From: Squalus acanthias
Taxonomy: Eukaryota
Length of the DNA stretch: 64,000 bases
Assembly (NCBI GenBank): GCA_030390025.1
Contig: CM059432.1
Coordinates: forward strand, 148,058,001 to 148,122,000
Direction of reading: 5' to 3'
Shown: positions 57,495-64,000 of the stretch, one piece after another
Layout of the letters: the number at the start of each line of letters is the position of its first letter
Position numbering within the stretch: position 1 is the stretch's first letter
Position numbers and translations under genes: made by a program
Notes under the pieces: generated by a model
What the model was told of the DNA's origin: nothing
The model's input: only the letters and a program-made list of their open reading frames with translations
The model's database searches: none

Positions 57495-59444
57495 TGCTAG
57501 AGTGTCTATGAAATAGTGACTGCCATCAAGGCAATCGGAGCTAAGATTTTACTCCACCGTGAATCTGTCAGTGGCCTTTGCTTTCACTGATTGTTGGACA
57601 GTGGCGCTGTTCATAATCCCGCGTGTTTCTGGTTTTCAGAATAATCTGACCACGAAGCATAGCGTTTGAAGACAAGGGGTGACAGGTTTAAATCAGGTGT
57701 GAGATGGAGTGCTTCGCCACATCTTCACCTCAGAGGAGGAGACCCGATGAAGGTGCTGCTCTGTGTTACAGAGAGGACTCCTCCTGGGGGCAGTGCCGTG
57801 AGGTACCGTGTGACAAAAAATTGTGGAAAGATGTTTGCAAGGCACAATGGTGCATCAATATACTGGGCCTCAGATCGCAAGACTGCATATTTATGCCTAT
57901 AATTCCCTAAATAGAGGTTTTGAATAGTTGCTCTGTGGGCTTGGGAAGGTGCCACGAGAAATAAACTTCTGCTTCACAGGGAAGAAGGGGGTCAAATGAG
58001 TGATAAATCCTGGGCCGCGCCTTACCCCATTCCTTAGCAGTGGGAGAGGCCTCAGAGAGAAGGTCACCTGGCTACCCTCTTTATTAGGAAACGGTGCCTG
58101 GGCTCAGGAGAATCTAGGAAGAGAGAAAATAATTTTGAAATGGAGGAAAGGGAAATAAAAGTAATGAAAAGAGCGACTGCTCACCTCCCCCGTGAAGGAA
58201 ACTCCATCAAATCAAATGTTTAGAAAAGAAAGTGAAGGTGGGCTAGAAAACAGAAAGATATAACTGTGAATTGCAATAAATGTTGGTATTCCAAGGGTTA
58301 ATTTGAGGACTGTAATAAAAGACTGATTAATGACCAGGGACTCCCAAAGCTATTTTATCTACATCAGCAATACATGGCTTGAGCAGCAGTGTAATATATA
58401 ATAACTAATTACTGACACACGAATTAAGTCATTTTGCCATGAACAGATCATTATGGGCCATATTTAATTATAAGCCATGCAGATTCTATTGAGACATTCA
58501 GGGGACAATAAATTGATTCATTTTAACAATAACATTTTTGTATTTTATTAAATTGATGTAAATTCTGTGAAAAAAGAAGGCAGTATATAAACAGGGCAGG
58601 TGTTGATGATGCAAATGAAATAGATGACAGATGGTTACCAGTGAGATCACTGGCTGTGTCTATAATGGATTGAGGTAATCAAAATCCTCTCTGAACATGT
58701 GACTTTGTTTAGCTGTACAACTTTCAAAAACAATGCAGGGAGGCTCAGAATGCAATATTGGAAGCAAGGCTATGCACTGATTTTAATACTTCTAAAGACA
58801 CGACCCAGGTGCGATATAATTCCTAGTCACGTCGCAGAGAACCCTCTGTAATTCAGACAAGGAAATATATTTTAATTAATCCGCGATTCTCTACATGCTT
58901 GTATTTTATTTTTTGTAATTATACACCGGAAACTGTTTGAGTTGACAACACAAGTGTTCTTTTTTTGCAAATCCCTTGCTAATCTGTTCGAATAGAGGCT
59001 TCCACAAAGGGAATTAAGCAGCATTTCTGTGAAGGGGGGGGTCCTACTATTTTAAGGAATGTGTGCAGAAAAAATATATTTCAGCAGTTTCTCTAAAGCT
59101 TTGTGAATGGTTGGTAGTCAAAGATGCTCAAGAAGACAAGACTTGGTTTCATGTACTGCTGCACATGTAGACTAAGAAAAGGATGACTCGGGCACTGAAC
59201 AAGCACTATGGCTTTGGTACTTAAAAAAAAGCTGGACTACTGCCAGTCCGGATTATAACTGGTGTCTATGCGTCTCATTGGTTCACTATCCCTGTTACTT
59301 ATTTTTTTTCCCTAGGACAGCAGGGCATATTCTCAGTTCCTTGTATACATTCCTGTCCTCTTAAGTGCCAAAACTGTACAGTCTATCATACACATGGTTC
59401 CCTAGCACAAATAAAAGTGCATTAACTCAGTTACCACAAATAAT

Positions 59445-60197
59445 GGTCTGTATTTTCCGATGCCTACGGGTGTGGGTACGAGCTGTGTACACACCCGTAG
59501 GGACCTCGCAAGTGCCAGTTTCAGTCATGCACTGAAAACCGGCATTTCTGATCTGTGAAGAATCCTCCTGATAGATCCTCCGCCTGCCCTGGAGAAAGGC
59601 CTCTGCGGGGGGAGAGTTCCGCTTTCTGCACAACCTCCGCCCACTGAAAACCTTTAAAAATCTTACGCCTGGTAAAAGCCTGCGTAAGGCCTGCTTTTAC
59701 CAGCATAAGAGTTAAAAAAAAAAATGTTTTAAATGTTTCACTCATTTATAATTTAAAAATACTTTTAAAAAAAGGTAAGTTTATTTTTAGCACCGTAAAA
59801 AACTTTCATTATTTTTTTCAAAAAATTAAATTTTTGTTCAAAATATTTAATTTAATGTAATTTTAACTCATTTTAAAAACATGATGGTTTTTTTAAACAT
59901 TTATTTAATGTTTTGCTGTGTTTTTGGGGTGATCTCCATTCATATATTTGACGGGTCTATCTGTCAAAAGTATGAAGGGAGATTCCCTTCTCCCATTGGC
60001 TCGCCTGGCCCACATGATCCCAGGGACGCTTGCGAACCGCCTGCGCCCCTGGGATACGTGGGCCCTGCGCATTTCGACTGTGGAGAGGCCCAGGATCGGA
60101 AGTGTCTGGACCTCGGGAGCCCTCAGGTAAGAGCGTAGATTTTTTTCCGATAGGAGGCCTCCGCACGCAGGAAGCCTCCTGTCGGACATTATGGGCC
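59445..60197 (+). mobile_element. Hairpin-rich non-autonomous Harbinger, ~753 bp
   Basis: Degenerate ends GGTCTGTATTTT / ACATTATGGGCC; colinear with 38876-39648. Confidence 0.88.
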
Positions 60198-60344
60198 ATA
60201 ATCAGCAGCTACTATTACTACCACTGCAACTGCAGTACTATTACAGACAGTTTCAAATACATACATAACTGGCAAAATCAAGATCAGACTTTTTGGAGCT
60301 GTGCACCTCATTAAAACTCCAATGCTCTATGGCATGGAATGGTT

Positions 60345-60768
60345 TACATAGGAAGAGGGCGAGGCCATTCAGCCCCTCGAGCCTGCTTCGTCATTCAATT
60401 ACCCACCTTGGTTTTGTAATCCTTAATACGCTTGCCTAAGAAAAATCTATCAATCTCAGTTATTTACATTTTCAATTGACCTAGCCGCAACAGCTTTTTT
60501 GGGGCAAGAGTTTTAGATTTTCACTAGCCTTTTTGTGAAGAAATGCTTCCTGACATCACCTGAATGGCTTAGCTCTAACTTTAGGGTTATGTTTTGGACT
60601 CCCCCCACCAGAGGAAATAGTTTCTCTCTGTCTATCCTATCAAATTCTTTAATTTCTTAAACACCTCATTTAGATCAGCCCTTAATCTTCTATATTCAAG
60701 GAGTTACAAGAAAAGTCGATGCAACCTGTCCTCATAATTTAACCCTTTGAGCCCCGGTATCATTCTGT
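60345..60768 (-). mobile_element. Old CR1 3' fragment
   Basis: RMIPGLKGLNYEDRLHRL; CR1 3'UTR GGCTCGAGGGGCTGAATGGCC on the minus strand. Confidence 0.8.
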
Positions 60769-60974
60769 TTGCACCTATGAGTTCCTCACATGGTAAGTTC
60801 CCAATCTCAGTTATGTCTTCATGGAAATGCTGACCAGCAAACAGAATGAAAAAAATGTAACATTTAGTTTGAGACGAATTGTGCAACCAACCACTCTATT
60901 ACCTTGTAAATAGTCAACCCATTCCTGTTCACTTGTGCCTCACCAACCATAATTAAATAAATGAATTAACTCCC

Positions 60975-61545
60975 ACGATTCCTACATTACAACAGTGACT
61001 CCACTTCAAAAGTACTTCATTGGCTGTAAAGCGCTTTGGAACATCCTGAGGTGGTGAAAGGCGCTATAGAAATGCAAGTCTTTCTTTCTTTTCTGAGCCA
61101 CAGCTGCCACCTATAGAGGCTTTCAAAATGACAAAAGGTTTTGGATGTTTAAACAGTGAAAGAGGATGGTTGGTGAATCAGTAACATCGACTAAGAAGAA
61201 CTTCCATTTATATAGCACCATTCACATTCTTTGGATGCCCCAAACTACTGCACAGCCAATAAGTTACTTTTAAAGTATTCTGACTGTGGTTATGTAAGCA
61301 AATGTGGTAGCCAATTTAAACATAACATGGTCTCACAAATAGCAATGAGAAGTATGACCGGTTAAACTGTTCTGATTATGTTGGTTGAAGGATGGATTTA
61401 CCAGGAGACTGGGCAGACTTCCCTGCTTTTTTTCTAATAGTTCTGTGGGATCTTTGACACCCAACTGAATCGGCAGGTGGAGCCACAATTTGACGTCTCA
61501 CCTGAGAGATGCACCTCTGACAGTGCAGCACTCCCTAGTACTGCA
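60975..61545. mobile_element. Two DeuSINE remnants (60975-61092 plus-strand tail; ~61195-61545 minus-strand, degenerate)
   Basis: Tail motifs and a Deu core (ACGTCTCA..GCACCTCTGACAGTGCAGCACTCCCT). Confidence 0.7.
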
Positions 61546-62179
61546 CGAGAAATTAGAAGCATTTTTTCACACTGTGGGGAAGGGGGACATTGCAACATGG
61601 AATGCTTTATCACAAGTGCCCATTGAGACAGAAACTATAATTCGAAACAAAATTAGGTAAGTATTTGAAGAAGAATATAAAAGCACAGGCGTGATGCGTC
61701 AAATAGACATTTCCTGTACTTTAATTTTGATAATTCTTTGCAAAAGCTGGAACACAATTGATACGTTATACGTTAATGACAAGATATTATTGCATTTAAT
61801 AATAATTTCAGTTATTCAACACCTCTATTAGCCAAAAGCTGCTCTTTTACAGTCAATACGGAGGGGGGAAATGGAAAACTGACTTAATGAAGCAGACAGT
61901 GGCAAACCTGATTTAGTTTAAGCTGTAGACCCGAGCCCCATAATGCGTAAACATTTACCTCATGAAGTATTGCTGGTCTAACAACTGATTTAAATAAAAA
62001 GCTTCCAGATGACTTTTTTTTCGTCATGTACATGCCCCCCCGAGGGACACGGGGGGTCAGCTTTTCAAAATATATCAACAGTACCCACCTCTACCCACGG
62101 GCCCTCCTCTACCCCCACTGCCAGCCATATTACTGAAGTTCTCTCCTTCCTTTGTTGGGATTTCCATGTATTTGTTTTG

Positions 62180-64000
62180 ATCATAGAATCATAGAATGAT
62201 ACAGCACAGAAGCTATTGGGCTATTTGGCCCACCGTGCCTGTGCAGGCTCTGTGGTAGAGCTATCCTGTTAATCCTAATCTCCTGCTCTTTCCCCTTAGC
62301 CCTTTCATTTTTTTCCCCTTCAAGTATTAATCTAATTCTCCTTTTGCAAGTTACCATTGAATCTGCTTCCACCGCCCTTTCAGCAGCGCGTTCCAGATCA
62401 CAACAACTCGCTGTGTAAAAAATCCATCCTCATGTCGACTCGGGCTCTTTTGCCAATCACCTTAAATCCGTGTCCTCTGGTTACTGGCCCATCTGCCACT
62501 GGAAACCGTTTCTCTTTATTTACTCTATCAAAACCTTTCATGATTTTGAACACCTCTATCAAATCTCCTCTTAACCTTCTTTGCTCTAAGTTGAACAACC
62601 CCAGCTTCTCCACATAACTGAATTCCCTCACTCCTGGTACCATTCTAGTAAATCTCCTCCGCACCCTCTCCAAGGCCTTGACATCCTTCCTAAAGTGTGG
62701 TGCCCAGAATTGGCCACAATACCCCAGCTGAAGCCATAGCCAGCATTTTATAAAAGTTTAGCATAGCTTCCTTGCTTTTGTACTCTACTCCTCTATTAAT
62801 AAAGCCAAGGATCCCATATGCTTTTTTAACAGCCTTCTCAACTTGTCCTGCCGCCTTCAAACTTTGTGTACATAGACCCCCAGATCTCTCTGTTCCTGCA
62901 CCCCCTTTAAAATTGTACCATTTAGTTTATATTGCCTCTCCTCATTCTTCCTACCAAAATGTATCACTTCACACTTCTCTGCGTTAAATTTCATCTGCCA
63001 TGTGCCCGCCCATTTCACCAGTCTGTCTATGTCCTCCTGGAGCCTGTTATTATGCTCCCTACTGTTTACTACATTTCAGAGTTTCGTATCATCTGCAAAC
63101 ATTGAAATTATGCCCTGTGTACCCAAGTCCAGATCATTAATATTTTTCAAAAAGAGCAGTGGTCCGAATACCGACCCCGGGGAACACCACTTTATACTTC
63201 CCTCCAGTCTGAAAAACAACCCTTCACCACTGCTCTCTGCTTTCTGTCCCTTAGCCAATTTTGTATCCATACTGCCACTGTCCCTTTTATCCCAATGGCT
63301 TTAATTTGGCTAAGAAGTCTAAAGAAAGAAAGACTTGCATTTATGTAGCGCCTTTCACGACCGACCACTGGACATCCCAAAGCACTTTACAGCCAATGAA
63401 GTACTTTTTGAAGTGGAGTCACTGTTATAATGTGGGAAACGCGGCAGCCAATTTGCACACAGCAAGCTCCCACAAACAGCAATGTGATAATGACCAGATA
63501 ATCGGCTTTAGTGATGTTGATTGAAGAATAAATATTGGTTAGGACACCGAGGATAACTCCCCTGCTCTCCTTCGAAACAGTGCCACGGGATCTTTTACGT
63601 CCAGAGTAGACGGGGCCTCGGTTTAACATGTCATCCGAAAGACTGCATGCAGCACTCCCTCAGTACTGCAGTGAAGTGTCAGCCTAGATTTTTGTGCTCA
63701 AGTCTCTGGAGTTTGACTTGAAGCCACGACCTTGTGAATCAGAGACAAGGGTGCTACCAACTGAGCCACAGCTGACACTGTCTATTATGTGGTACTTTGT
63801 CAAATTAATATTGAAAGTCCGCATGCACAAAATCAACTGCACTACCCTCATTAACCCTCTCCGTTACTTCATCAAAGAACGCCATCAAGTTAGTCAAACA
63901 CGATTTGCCTTTAACAAATCCGTGCTGACTTTCATTTATCAGCCCATACTTTTCTAAATGCCAATTAAATTTGTTCCGAATGATTGTCTCTACAAGTTTC
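62180..64000 (-). mobile_element. CR1 LINE, continues beyond the window, interrupted by a SINE
   Basis: Tail TCATAGAATCATAGAAT; EKLGLFNLEQRRLRGDLIEVFK; GPLLFL..INDLD..MFADDTKL; WIQNWLRDRKQR. Confidence 0.95.
63322..63779 (-). mobile_element. Full-length tRNA-derived DeuSINE (SacSINE1-like)
   Basis: Minus-strand head with A box TGGCTCAGTTGG and degenerate B box GCTTCAAGTCA; Deu core; (TTTC)n tail; GTCTA duplicated at both flanks. Confidence 0.88.

Noticed and set aside
57530..57900. Additional very old Harbinger Myb remnant (similar traces at 37900-38060)
   Set aside because: Only faint peptide resemblance (KKLWKDV, RFTDKAME); boundaries cannot be supported.
63700..63779. tRNA gene
   Set aside because: It is the tRNA-derived head of a SINE, with a degenerate B box, and continues into the Deu core.
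1..64000. Unistrand piRNA-cluster-like orientation bias
   Set aside because: LINE fragments are only moderately minus-biased, and SINEs and Harbingers lie both ways; this cannot be supported without small-RNA data.

Overview
Vertebrate, transposon-saturated, apparently non-coding DNA. The repeat content (tRNA-derived Deu-domain SINEs of the SacSINE1 type, CR1 LINEs with ATTCTATG tails, Penelope-like elements, RTE) points to a cartilaginous fish, most likely a shark; this is an inference. I found no intact host gene and no convincing host exon. Roughly half the window belongs to the PIF/Harbinger superfamily. There are about seven decayed copies of two-gene elements, in which a HARBI1-type DDE transposase and a three-exon Myb/SANT plus coiled-coil partner gene lie tail-to-tail. 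There are also about ten non-autonomous derivatives with ~12-16 bp GG(G/C)..AAATT-type TIRs and 3-bp TSDs that are often AAT. All transposase and Myb ORFs are broken. The most interesting signals: (i) a ~750-770 bp non-autonomous family built as a chain of hairpins, with compensatory changes between copies and repeated AG|GTAAGT motifs; (ii) twin 893-bp MITEs retaining both inward-facing promoter regions; (iii) a minisatellite that multiplies an intron branch-point region about 25 times; (iv) a composite element with large inverted arms; (v) a Penelope-derived hammerhead-ribozyme core; (vi) a TIR-anchored 200-bp duplication; (vii) a solo LTR; (viii) a candidate conserved enhancer near 58.3-58.8 kb. 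All calls were made by eye, and the boundaries of decayed elements are approximate.
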